A stretch of 63,992 nucleotides of DNA, filler included, from Basidiobolus ranarum (Eukaryota): assembly GCA_040143965.1 (NCBI GenBank). It is 4 parts of 4 records of this genome, joined end to end, with 100 filler letters (N's around TTAATTAATTAA, not from the genome) between each part and the next. Parts side by side here need not be neighbours in the genome. Positions count along the whole stretch, not along the records: positions 16,282 to 32,450 come from JASJQH010007227.1; positions 32,551 to 48,688 come from JASJQH010007228.1; 2 more parts are not named here. One strand, written 5' to 3'. Positions 24,995 through 37,119 of the stretch are shown here, piece by piece. The position numbers and the translations under genes are program-made. The stretch's first letter is position 1; every line of letters begins with the position of its first letter. The notes under the pieces are model-generated. The model made no database searches, was not told the DNA's origin, and worked only from the letters and a program-made list of their open reading frames with translations.

Positions 24995-25336
24995 TTAGAT
25001 GTTGACGAAAATGTAGATATTGTCTTCCAGACAAACAACCGCGCGTATGTCTAAGCCTAGCGCTCTAACTTTTGTGTCGACAGTGGGGCACCTTTGATAA
25101 GTATTAGGTGAAAGATTGGAAGCAACAGGATCGTTTTCGCTGAGACAAACTACTGTACTGATATTCAGACCCAGAGCCTTTATCTTGATTTCAGCATCAT
25201 TGCATGAATTATCGGAAGCTGGGGTAGATGTGGTAGGTTCATCACTAACGTTCACATTTACACCGAGCGGGAATGGTGAAGCTATGGCAGAGTAGATAAA
25301 ACTCACTAAAATTAGAAGCAAGCAAAAGAGTTTCAT
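24995..25336 (-). CDS. Small secreted 4-Cys protein with internal duplication (paralog A)
   Basis: Signal peptide then SPFPL; repeats CNDAEIKIKALGLNISTVVCL and CPTVDTKVRALGLDIRAVVCL. Confidence 0.85.
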   Translation of the reverse strand: MKLFCLLLILVSFIYSAIASPFPLGVNVNVSDEPTTSTPASDNSCNDAEIKIKALGLNISTVVCLSENDPVASNLSPNTYQRCPTVDTKVRALGLDIRAVVCLEDNIYIFVNI

Positions 25337-25775
25337 ATCTTCGAAGATTTTTGAAACTCTAGATCAATCTAAGCATTCGTTTTATAAACTCGCCAGAGCT
25401 ATATTTTGTTCTTCTTGTGCTGAGTAAACGCAATATGAACTGATGTCTTCGCATGGATCTGTACATTCCATGGCGTGTGGAGAATTGTGTTCACAAATCG
25501 CGATCTGTTGTAGAAAATATCCGTTAAGCCTGGAGCTGGAACTTAGGTACTCCTACTGCTAATGAGGGGTGCATGATGATATTTTCTTACCTATTTGCAT
25601 CACACCAGACCTTACTCCACAACAGGAGATATGTATATTTCTACCTTGCCCCTAGCAGAATCGCGGAGTATTTATGATAGGTTGAAGTAGGAAGGAGTCG
25701 AAAAGTATACTACCAAGTATATAAAGAGGTTCAAAAGAGCACTAATGGCCATAACAAGTTTTTCATTCACTCACT

Positions 25776-26129
25776 ATGCGTCTTATTCTCAGCTCATTCA
25801 CTCTATTATGCGTTATTCTCTCAGTTATGGGTTCACCGTTCCCGCTTGACGTAAAAGTAGATGTAACTAACGAATCCGCCAGATCTCCTCATGTCTCTCA
25901 AAATCCATGTAACGATATTGAGGTTAAGGTGAGAGCTCTTGACATCGGCATCAACGCAGTCGTTTGTCTCAGAGGAAACGAACCTACTCCCCCCAATATC
26001 GCTCATATGCCACCAAATACCAGTGGAAGATGCCCCACAGTCGATGCTAAAGTTAGAGCACTGGGCTTAGACATCCGCGCGGTTGTTTGTATTGAAGATA
26101 GAATTGAGGTCTTTGTTGGGCTTCAATAG
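25776..26129 (+). CDS. Small secreted 4-Cys protein with internal duplication (paralog B)
   Basis: Signal peptide then SPFPL; CNDIEVKVRALDIGINAVVCL and CPTVDAKVRALGLDIRAVVCI; TATATAAA about 55 bp upstream. Confidence 0.85.
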   Translation: MRLILSSFTLLCVILSVMGSPFPLDVKVDVTNESARSPHVSQNPCNDIEVKVRALDIGINAVVCLRGNEPTPPNIAHMPPNTSGRCPTVDAKVRALGLDIRAVVCIEDRIEVFVGLQ

Positions 26130-27228
26130 AATATTTTATCAACGAGCTGAAGCGATTTGTACTCTAGTATATTCTATTAAAATGGATAGCAATAATTTAT
26201 TTGATATTTAATAAACCTTTTCTCTACCTAAGCTTCATACTTTTGGTTCACCATTATTCTACACAGTACCAAGCTTTGACTGAACTTCATTTATTAGCAA
26301 TACAAGGGTTGGAATATTTTGAAAACATTTCCTTTAGTTGCAACTGAAAGAGAAAAAGAAAGAGTCGAATCATATATACAAATAATATCGCATTTGGAAG
26401 TTTAATCTTTAAGATCTGCCTCAAAAGATCGAGGAAACGAGCAATTAAATTAGCCTATTGTTGTGGTTACCATGTGGAGGAGAAGAGAAGTTACCAATTC
26501 TTTTTGTGCCACCGCTGATTCAATCTTAAGAATACTGTTCACCATTTTGAGAGTAACAGTGTATGATTGTATTATGAGCTTGGATTCAATTACCCACGCA
26601 ATATTCCAATGTATTCCTATCTATTCTCCATTATATCTAACTACACCTACACAAATAACCTCCACATTTGTACCACCTCCATAGCTCAGTCGTATAAATA
26701 ATCTCACAGAGTTTTCAAACACCGCATGTCAAAGATAAATCGACATTTGTGTCATAACTTTAGAGATAAAGACTTGAGGTCAACAAACGAAATCAGAACA
26801 TAAGAACAACAAATGGAAGATTATCAGTCTTCCAAGAATCTCGATACTAATCCATTGTCGGGCCATTTCTTTCTACGCGCTTCAGGGCACGTGAATTATA
26901 ATCCACTTGACTCAAGTAGGTTATGAATTTAATACACTGTGTATCCAACAATTTTGGTGTGACATTTCTTAACATTCAATTTTGAGCCTATCTGCTCGTC
27001 GATGGAGTTGCGACAAATTTGAAAAATTCGAACTACATTGAAAAGAGTTCACAAGAAAGGAACATGCTTTAATGTAATGAAATTTCCAACGGAGCTAACG
27101 ATTCATATTGGAATGTTATATGTACACGAAAAAAAATATCAAACATGTGTATGTAGTAAAAGGATGGATAAGCGTCGGGGATTGTCAACATAGATACAGA
27201 AAAGACATATGATAGTGTCTCTGTCTAT

Positions 27229-28016
27229 CTAATGTAATTTTTGAAAGCATTTACGACATTCTGAGCTAGAATTTAACTCCGTACGAAGAGGAATGTATAA
27301 GCAATTGTGACAGTATATTTTAGTTTTACGGTACCTAAATGATAGGTTATGATATTGACCTTCAACTAGTAGAATTATAGTTGGATGAAATACCTTAATC
27401 CACAGGAATTACATAACGGGATATGCTCTGACCATCCTGGACGCCAGCAAGGAGTATGCTTCACTGCGCACGAAGCACAGCACTTTTTCGGATTTGCTGC
27501 ACCTGGGCTACCCGATGGAGAACGTTTAGATGAACTCAATTCATGAGAATGAGCAGCCTCAGCTTCATTGTGAATCTTCTCTTCGTGGGAGCCTAAATCC
27601 ATTGAAGAGCTCTGGGCCCATTGAGCACTGGATCTTCTTGGTTTAGTGGTATTAGATAGCCCATTTTTTGTCGGGGAAGTTTTAGGTAGCACAGAGTCCA
27701 AGGATTTTGCTCGTCGCTTTCTTGCAACATGTGACAGCAGTACTGGATAATGTAAAATGATACTACCATCCGACTTCTCCGTCACTTCATCATCTTCCAA
27801 GGAGCTAGAAGAGGAGATTGATGATTCTACCGGGCTAAGTGGGCTCAATTTGATAGGAGTAGATGGAAAATAGATAGGAAATTTAAATATCACCCCTGGT
27901 GAAGTATCTAGATCAAAGTGACTAGGTGACTTCACTGGAATTCCTTTACGCTTACTTCTACGACTAGGGGTAACCGAATTTGAAAGCACTATTTGAATAC
28001 CAGTAGCGATGGACAT
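27229..28016 (-). CDS. Ash1-like GATA zinc-finger transcription factor (intron 27335-27393)
   Basis: CASCAVKHTPCWRPGWSEHIPLCNSCGLR|YRKTKIYCHNCLYIP...CRKC; the PCWRPxWS...LCNSCGLRY signature is typical of Ash1-type GATA fingers. Confidence 0.8.
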
Positions 28017-29271
28017 TTTATCCAAGTAATGGGATGGGTCAAGGGTTTGGATCGGAAGTTAGTTAATTGATGAGGAAAAGGGATCTTAGGGCACGATATC
28101 CTAGAAAGAGATAAATCCAAAAAACGGATTACAGGTGAGTATCAACAAGTTTAGAGATAATCGACCATGATCTCAACGATGAGCTTTCTGCTGTAGAAAC
28201 GTCTCATTGATAATCGAGATATCTTCACAGAATACAGCTGAATGTACTTACAAATCACACCACACTAAAATCAAGGGAGTCAACAACCAGCTGTCTTGGG
28301 ATGAAAATACTGAGTGCCAATGATAGAGAACGAAATCGCGATGAAGCAACTGTTTAATAAGGAATATAGCCAAGGATCAGAGGAAACCTACTCTGAAAGC
28401 TATACAAACTAAGAAATGGTAGGTGTATGCACTATGTATGCTAATATATAGCAGGTAGAATATATGCAAATACCAAAGTAGCTGAAAGATAAAAGGAAGA
28501 GAGACGAAGTTACTGGGAGAATACAGAGTGAGAGCAAGCTTATATAGCAGGCTTTTCACCTGGCCTAATTAGACTCCTGTGCCACTTGATTTACTTCCGA
28601 GCTACTCACCTGATTACCTGATTTGGTCTAACCCGGTCGGTGAGCTTCCATAATAATTAGCAATATCAATGGTGAGGATTCATCTTAGCTTCAGCCACAA
28701 TGATGAAAAACAACAGCAGCAAATTTGATATTTCTACATCACTGCAGTTACCTGATCTGCCTGTCTTTCCATATCACTGCAGTTACTTGATCTACCCATC
28801 GATGTGATATTTCCCTGGTCCGCTCTTCTAAAGAGATCGACTGACAATCTGTGAAAAGGTAGAGTAATTGATGGTTAAGTAGAATTGATCTTGTTTACGA
28901 ACCCGATGGAGTAATAGGATTAGAATAAGCAAAATTTCAATTTGAACTTAATAGGGATATTCTCAGCACCCAAAGCATCAGGAGTGTGAGTGCGAGTACT
29001 CGGGATGAGTTCAAACAAGAGGGATGATTTAAGAGAAATTCAAGAGTTCGAGCAATGGTTTAAGAGGAATGATTCTCAACACTAATTTTCAAATCGAGTA
29101 GAAACAAGGGTTACAAAAGTCAACAAGTCAAGTGGCTTAAATTATGTTTGAGAATTCACTAGCTGACCTAAAACTCACTTTACTCCATGTTTAGCATAGC
29201 TTATATATCCTTTTTACTTCATGTTTAGCATAACTTACACATCTTCTTTACCATTATTCTTCAAAAAAGAA

Positions 29272-29304
29272 CCACCAACGAGCCACCAACGAGCCACCAA
29301 CGAA
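29272..29304. repeat. 11-bp minisatellite (ccaccaacgag) x3
   Basis: accaccaacgagccaccaacgagccaccaacgaacc. Confidence 0.8.
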
Positions 29305-30704
29305 CCATAATATCTTCTCTCGTCCAAAAATCGAATGGTCAATCAATTTGTATGTTATTACTATCGTATGAGTGGAAATTGATCATAGTTTGTGTATAAC
29401 TGAGCTATTACCCATCGCAAGCATAATTTCTAATGGATATTGGTGTTGCAATATTCTTCTCAATATGATTGGCTATTGAATTGATGATATATGCTTATAT
29501 ATATATAATGTAGCGATATCAGCATAAACTAGAGCTGACGAAGAGATTAGGTTAAATTAGACCAATTGAGTTATTGCGGGGCGTACTTGGGCATTCTGTT
29601 TGCGATCCTTCATGTAAACTAATAGATTAGAACCTCTTTCAGATCCAATGATCGTAACCCATATCTGGTGAGCAATATATTTATCAAGTGCTGATTGGCG
29701 TATCGAATCTGAAGCAAAGAAGGGGGATAGATATATAACATGGGGTGTAAGGCAAAGAAGTGAGATAGATATATAACATGAGGTGTTTATAGTGAAAATC
29801 CTCAAGTGATATGGAGCAAGGCAATGGTGCACTTGCGGGACTGTTCAAGCATAAACTATTGCCTTAATACAGTGGTTGCGATGATAGAGTTTGCTTGTCT
29901 CCTATGTGGTGATTTTACTAAGTGTGAATGATATGTATATAAACCCAAACCCCAAAAACTGCTGGTTGAATGCACTCCTTTGCTCGTCTTCTTGTTTTTT
30001 CCTTCGCTTCGTTTACGTAATTGCACTAAAGTAGACAAGTGAAGATCAAAGAAAACAGAGTAACATATGCTTTGAAGTTTGCCAAGCAGCTACAATTTTA
30101 TTTTTAGTCTGAAATAGGCTGAGTTGATTGAATTGGTGGAATTGGTAGAATTGGTAGTAGTACATAGTATTAATGAGTTTTTCTATAGAAAGTCTATTCG
30201 AGATTTATATAATTAACTGCAAATATAGAAATTACCATTTATGGCGATTTTATTTGTGAGCTACAATCACGATTCACATGGCATTGTACTGGCAAAATGG
30301 AATAATCTAACGCCACTGTAAGTCTATCGCATCTTTGAAAGGTTAATGTTGTACAGTGATTTTAGGAATTCCAGCTGGAGGGCCGATTGAGCCTATCATA
30401 TCAGCTGCTCGAGAAGATATAGTAGTATTTCCTACTTTCTTAACCAGTAAATAGCCAAATTGAGAGCTCAAAATATTGGCATCTCTGGTTTACATCCTAA
30501 TCCGAGCAAGTATCACTTAATCGATCATTCAAATACCTTGATAGGTACACTACCTACAGCTTTGGCCTGTTTGCTCACCTCTTCCCCGATACATAAATAG
30601 ATGAACATCCTCTGAACTATTTACTTTATACTTTAGAAATAACTGTACCATATCTTGCATTACAAGCTATAGATAGCCCTTCTTAAAACTTTCACAGCAT
30701 AGTC

Positions 30705-32351
30705 ATGCTTTATGTTGGCGCTTTTTCACTACTTTTACTAGCTTTAACTCCATCCTTCAACGCCCAAAATCAAGTCACCGCTCCTAATCCACACTATGTC
30801 GCAATCCTAAACAACTCCCTCTGGTTTTATGAGGCACAAAGGAGTGGAAAACTCAACTCAAATGGCTATCAGTCGCGTATCCCTTGGCGTCACGATTCAG
30901 GCTTAGATGATGGGAAAGATGTAGGGGTTGATCTAACTGGTGGATATTATGACGCTGGTGATTACTTGAAGTTTCTACTCCCAATGGCTTACAGTTTAAC
31001 CATCACTTCTTGGGGAGCACTTGAGTTTTGGCCAGGCTACAAGCTCGCCTCTCAAGATAGTTACCTCAAAGACATGCTCAAATGGGGTACTGATTGGATT
31101 ATTAAAGCCCACCCTGATGCTAACACACTTTACGTACAAGTGGGAAAAGGAAATGTCGATAACAATTACTGGGGTCCTGACACTGGTATTCCTACTCCTC
31201 GTCCGTCCTACAAAATAGACACCAATCACCCAGGCACAGATGTAGCTAGTGAGGCTGCTGCCTCTCTTGCCGCTACTTCAATAGTATTTCGTAATCATTT
31301 TGGTGACTCTGATTATGCAGACACATTACTGAAACACGCGCGAGAGCTCTATAACTTTGCGGATACTGCACGTAAAACTGAATATCAAAAATCCGTTTCT
31401 GACGCTAAGGAATTCTATGCCTCTACTGGTTTTACTGATGAATTAGTCTGGGGAGCCCTTTGGCTATTTCGTGCAACAAACGATACTCAATACCTCACCA
31501 CTGCCATTAAGTACTTTGATCAATACAAGTTGTCTGGTAAAACTACTCCCATGGATTGGAATGACAAAACCCCTGGTATTTATGTACTAGGATCCGAAAT
31601 CTTCCAAGACGACAATGGGCAAAGATTCAAAAAGGAAGCAGAAGCGTGGTTGGAAGGTATTGTAAGCGGTAACAAGGATGGAACTTTTACGAAAGCTGGC
31701 ATGGTTTGGTTTTCTGGAACTAGTGAAATGGCTGCTACAGTTCCGGCCAATACTTGCTCATTCTTGGCCAGTATATACAGTAGTTCAGTCTTGTCCAAAT
31801 CGAATACTGAGGATAGTCAGAATAAGAAAGCGAAATACGAGAACTTTGTTCAGAATCAACTCGACTATCTTTTAGGGAAAAACCCTCAGAACACACCTTA
31901 CGTTGTAGGAGTGCATTCAAACTCGCCAGTGAACCCACATCACGCTGGTGCCCATGGAGGTACCGACGTTGGTAACCTGAACAATCCTCCTGTAAATCAA
32001 AATGTATTATATGGCGCAATGGTTGGTGGTCCTAACAAAGACGACGAATTCTATGATGAGCGTAGTGACTGGAAGCAATCCGAGGTAGCTTTAGACTATA
32101 ATGCACCTTTCCAAGCATTGATGGCAAGGCAAGTCATGTTTGCTACAAATGATCCGCCATATGTTTCCTTACCTTATACTCCTCGTCCGACTCGCCCTGC
32201 TAAATCCAAGACTGGGCTTATTATTGGTCTCACTATCTTTGCAGTCTTTGTTCTCGTTTGCAGTATAGTACTTTACTTTTGGCGCCATCGTATTGCTACC
32301 TGGTGGCACAGGCGGCGAGCTCTTAAGGCAGGAAGTCGTGTACTCCCCTAG
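30705..32351 (+). CDS. Glycoside hydrolase family 9 (endoglucanase-like) with signal peptide and C-terminal transmembrane helix
   Basis: FYEAQRSG, DLTGGYYDAGD, YVQVG, DELVWGALWL, PHH, GAMVGGP and EVALDYNA motifs; C-terminal GLIIGLTIFAVFVLVCSIVLYFW followed by a basic tail; intronless. Confidence 0.95.
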   Translation: MLYVGAFSLLLLALTPSFNAQNQVTAPNPHYVAILNNSLWFYEAQRSGKLNSNGYQSRIPWRHDSGLDDGKDVGVDLTGGYYDAGDYLKFLLPMAYSLTITSWGALEFWPGYKLASQDSYLKDMLKWGTDWIIKAHPDANTLYVQVGKGNVDNNYWGPDTGIPTPRPSYKIDTNHPGTDVASEAAASLAATSIVFRNHFGDSDYADTLLKHARELYNFADTARKTEYQKSVSDAKEFYASTGFTDELVWGALWLFRATNDTQYLTTAIKYFDQYKLSGKTTPMDWNDKTPGIYVLGSEIFQDDNGQRFKKEAEAWLEGIVSGNKDGTFTKAGMVWFSGTSEMAATVPANTCSFLASIYSSSVLSKSNTEDSQNKKAKYENFVQNQLDYLLGKNPQNTPYVVGVHSNSPVNPHHAGAHGGTDVGNLNNPPVNQNVLYGAMVGGPNKDDEFYDERSDWKQSEVALDYNAPFQALMARQVMFATNDPPYVSLPYTPRPTRPAKSKTGLIIGLTIFAVFVLVCSIVLYFWRHRIATWWHRRRALKAGSRVLP

Positions 32352-32450
32352 ATGTATTCCAAATGCAGTTATGGATGGCATTAACTTTGTAATGATTTCA
32401 TGCTGTATCTTTCTTTTTATCTGTTAATATTTGATACCATACGCATCACT

Positions 32451-32550
32451 NNNNNNNNNNNNNNNNNNNNNNNNNNNNNNNNNNNNNNNNNNNNTTAATT
32501 AATTAANNNNNNNNNNNNNNNNNNNNNNNNNNNNNNNNNNNNNNNNNNNN
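32451..32550. other. Artificial scaffold linker
   Basis: N44-TTAATTAATTAA-N44. Confidence 0.95.
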
Positions 32551-32658
32551 AAGGAAATACCGGAAGGATGAATGCTTGTATTAAAGTTTTTCAGTATTCT
32601 CTATCGTCTTACGGGCCTTATCATCAACCTTTCGCTATACAAGATCCTTATCTCTGTT

Positions 32659-34564
32659 CTATCGAGAAAGACAGATGCGAAGCGTTAGAGCCATACCAAA
32701 GGATAGACACATGAATCCGAGGCAGACCCCATGACCTTCACGGTAAGTTGGTGCTTGTGATTTCTTGTAGATCTATGTTTGTATCGACAAAATGGATGTT
32801 CTTAGTAGTGGTTTTACTCTAAGCCTGGCTTATTTTATCTTACCTGGGATCCTAGAATGGAGAAGCATTGAGCGACTGTACCAGTCATAGCAAGAGCGGT
32901 ACCACGTTTGGTGTGACCAAGGTTATTGTTGGAAATCCACGTAAGAGTCTAAAATTTGATAGCAAACGGTCAAAAAATAACATTCAGAATCAATCTAGCG
33001 TATGGTACGTACCAAAGGAATGATTGGATAAACGCCAGCGCCCACAAGGATGGCCCCAGCATATTTCATCCCAATATTTTTTCCAATAATCAAAAGGATG
33101 TATCCCAAGGCTGCAATCATAGTGGTGAGCATGATGCAAACGCCACGCTGCTTGATAGCATCTGATAGCCAAGATACTAGGATAAGGGTGACGCAACCGG
33201 TGGCATAAGGGGGAATGGTAAGAAGCTCCGCTTGAAGAGATGTGAAACCCATTGCCTTGATGATAGTTGGCAAGTAAGTACTGAAAGAAGAAAGGCAAAC
33301 GTTGAGACCGACATACACAATGATAGCGAGCCAGTTATGCCAGTCTAGAAAAGCTCGGAGCATCTGATGTTTGCTAAAGGCTTTTGTATCCTTATTGCCG
33401 CCTGAATGACTACGCTTGATTGCGAGCTCACGCTCGGCTGGAGTCAAGAAGTATCGGCTTGCAGTGTGTGGATAATCTGGAAGGAAAAAGAAGCAGAGGA
33501 TACCAATGAAAATCGTAGGTACACCTTCAACAATAAATAACCATCTCCAAGATGCTAAGCCATGAGAATCATCGAGATTTTTTATGACCGCATAGGCAAA
33601 TACACCACCAAATAACCCAGCAAGAGTAGAAGAGCCTAAGAAAATTGACATACGCCTCGCCATCTCTTCACGCTTATACCAGTAACTCAACAAAAGAGGA
33701 ATTCCTGGTCCAAGCCCAGCTTGAAAGCATCCCATGAAGAAACGTGCTAAATTGAAAGTTAGAACTGAATACATAATCCAAATCTATCCGAATATACTTA
33801 CTTGCCATCATATCTGAATAGTTGCGACCAGCTGCCAGACTATACGGAAGAACAAGTTAGTACCAATGTACATGGGCAGCGCGATTTATATCATATTCAC
33901 CATGTAGCGCAAATCCCCTGCATAAATAAGTAGTTAGATGAATATTCTACGGGTGGAGTGTTGTGTGAACGATAAACTTACCCAAACAACCATCACGAAG
34001 CCAATCCATTTGGAAGGTGATACGCTAAGAAAAAGAAGTAAGTTAGCGATTCTTCCCAAAAAGTGCAGAACCACATTATTTACACTCGTGTGGTCATGGT
34101 AGATGGAATTTGGCAAAAAATATAACCTAGAGACGAGGAGAATTAGTGAAACGCTACGGACAGCGATCGTCCATCTTGAGAAACTTACCGACAAAGAACA
34201 TGGTAACAATGTTGTGGAATTGTTTCCCATCGATATCCAAATCTTTTTCGATACCACCGAGACGAGCATTACCTATGTTTCCCTGAATCTACCAGTCAGT
34301 ATTAACCGTATGTAAAGGCAATTGCTGATCTATGCTTACTCGAGTCAAAGATGCAAATAAATACATGAGAGAGATAAATGGCAAAATACTACAGAAAGAA
34401 TGTCAGCATGTAGGAGGGACTAGGCAAAGTTAAAAACAATTGCCTTACTATAGATCCTGCTTCCACACTAATCTACGCTCCAGTGCCTTCAGCTCTGGGT
34501 CATCCATAGAGGAAACCACCGTGCTGGTTTCAAAATCGTCGGTTGCTTCTGATGGCAAACTCAT
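32659..34564 (-). CDS. MFS transporter, anion:cation symporter (Dal5/Tna1-like) family, multi-exon
   Basis: ERRLVWKQDL, GNARLGGIEKDL, LSYWYKREEMARR, WRWLFIVEG, FLPDYP, WISNNNLGHTKRG and APTYREGH motifs; ends LSR* right after the last TM helix. Confidence 0.88.
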
Positions 34565-35843
34565 GGCAAGATGGATTTGTGTTTGGCAAGAGTCTCACGT
34601 TGAACTTATATACTCTGTCCAGCAGTATTCAAATCCAATGAGCGCGAAATACCACTGGAAGATCATCGCAATTTAATGACAGCTTCTCAGTGTTTTTAAT
34701 ACTAGCCCACTCTCGGCTCTTTACTCGCGGGGGCTTATGTCTGGGTAAATATTTAAGTTCTTAATGTTGATTTGTCAACACTATCTCACTAAATCTTTTT
34801 CTCGATCAAGTTTTGTTGCTTTAGGGTACCCTAAGGTTCAGAAAGCGGTGAATATGGTGACTATCGAAGTCACAATGTTGAATTCAGCTTATCTGCAGCG
34901 CAACTCATTACCAAATCTGTTTCTATCACTCAAGATAGTTAAGCACAATCCAAAAGTCAGTCCAGATCTAGTATTGACTGCTCCACGACAAAACTTTAAT
35001 CACCATGTTTGGTAAACACCATATATGTATATATCCAAAATGGGACTATTTTGGAATGTTGGACTTGATACCCCTGCTCAAAGGTTGCTCCAATTAGAGT
35101 CAAATATCTTGTGCGAATTGAGTTCCATGATGGCCAATCTGACATGAAAAAAGAGCCTAGGGCTAGCACGCTCAGATATAAGCCAATTCGAGTGCTTTAT
35201 TGAGACAGCGATCATATATGCCAAAGGTATAGGTTAGATACGTTAAATACAAGACATCAAAGCCTAGCTGTTCTTGCATGGCACAAATGTATACTAGGGA
35301 GTCAGTGATAATGCATTCTGGTTTACTAAGCCACTTGTAGATATCAAACAAAACCGATAAAAGAGCCACCGGGGATTACAGTTCTCAAATAAATACATGA
35401 TAGTAAAGAAGAAGCGGATTTTTCAGAAATTTATGGTGATTTCATTCATCTGTACTCTATGCCACGTCTGAGTTTGACCACAACTAGTTGAACAATTCTA
35501 AGCAGACATTCTTAATAGGTGAACTAGGATTAGGTTAAAATATTCTGTTGTAAATGCAGAAAATACATCAAGTATGTGCTCCTAGGTAGCTAAGGAAGTA
35601 CATTTAGGACTTCTGAAAGTTTTGACTTGTTGCAAAATTCAAGAAATAGATGCAAGATACGAATCAGCACCTGTCATTATTTCTATCTTTTCAGTAAGGC
35701 TATTTGCTTACCTTATTTGGACATGAGAAATTTCAATGAATGAATTGCAACTTGCAATAGAGACTCTAGCTGCCTGTTGGAGGATCTTGACATAATGGGG
35801 GTAGACTTTGTATAATAGGGGCAACTTATAATAGTGTTTTGGT

Positions 35844-36262
35844 TGTTAAAGTATTTGGGAGCTTGTTGGAAGTGGTTTGGAGAATTAGAGAAATTGGTGG
35901 TTTTCACTTACTGATTTATTGAGTAGAAAATTAACATTTATAGTTTTGGCTAGATTTAAACAAGCCAAGATGTAAAATGCATTACTAAATTGAGTATTCA
36001 GTTGACATTTATAGTTTTGTCAAGATGTAAACAAACTAACGTGTAGAATGTGTTAAGGAAGGTCCCAGGAACAGGTGTGCAAGGTTTGGGGCTTCTAGCA
36101 CAAGTTTGAAAAATCTATATATCTGAGAACTTCTGAGTTGGTAAAAATATCCTAAGTAAATTCCTCATGAGAATAATGGGTAATATCTTAGTTCAATATG
36201 AGATAACTAAGTACTAAGCTATATATGACTATATAGGTGTTTAGGCAAAGCTAATTTCAACA
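35844..36262. mobile_element. LTR of family L1 with an internal ~70-bp duplication
   Basis: TGTTAAAG...TTTCAACA; highly similar to 15197-15527; no matching TSD seen. Confidence 0.75.
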
Positions 36263-37119
36263 TATACATCTTGCATGTATTAGTGCTTGACAACGATAAT
36301 ACTAATACTTGCTTATTATAATGACAGATATTAAAATACAAATTTCAAAGTGCTTAGTGAACTCTGAAATTCGAACTACATATAGCAAATGCTTTGGGAA
36401 ACATGAGAATTAAATCTGGGCATAGCTTTAATATGAAGATGTAAATATCAATGAACCAACTTATTTAATCATGAGGTGAAGACCACATCACAAAGGACAA
36501 GGCATAACGGTGTATTTTTCGCCAATCAAGCTATGTTAATAATAGTCATTTCTCACTCTTCACTTTCCTACAAGCAAATGATTGAATGCTTATGGAATGA
36601 AATTTATCAGCATCATTCTAACATTTGACCCGTTATCTAACAGTACTTTGCATGGCAATTTGGACTCTATTCAATACGAATTCCACTCCAGTGATAAATT
36701 ATATCTGGCTAACTCCTAAAACCACCAATCCAACCTTTGGCACTGCCATCCTTATTAGTATACCTTTGACTTAGCCCTTGCGAACAAGCTTTAAGTGCTC
36801 CAATCCTGTCAACACCGCAAAATTGATGCATACAATATAGCATCTAACGTTCAACGCTACATGTCTCAATACGATCGGCATTCACTATTTGTACCTGAAT
36901 AGTAAATTGGAGGCAAGTAGTATTCGCATACTACTACTATGAAACTAATTTGTCACCATATACTACTTATTAGCTGTTCCCACTTTGTCTATTATTGGAT
37001 ATTATGGAAAGGTCATTCTCTATGAGCATGTTGGGCATTTCCGTTAGCAACTTTTTATTTCAATAACACATCAAAAATAGGTTTTCCTGATCACTTTATC
37101 TATTGACTCTAGCGCTAAT

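Noticed and set aside
30996-32381. Overlapping and antisense ORFs within GH9 (and similar ones in the septin, kinase, MFS and GT genes)
   Set aside because: Shadow frames of well-supported genes.
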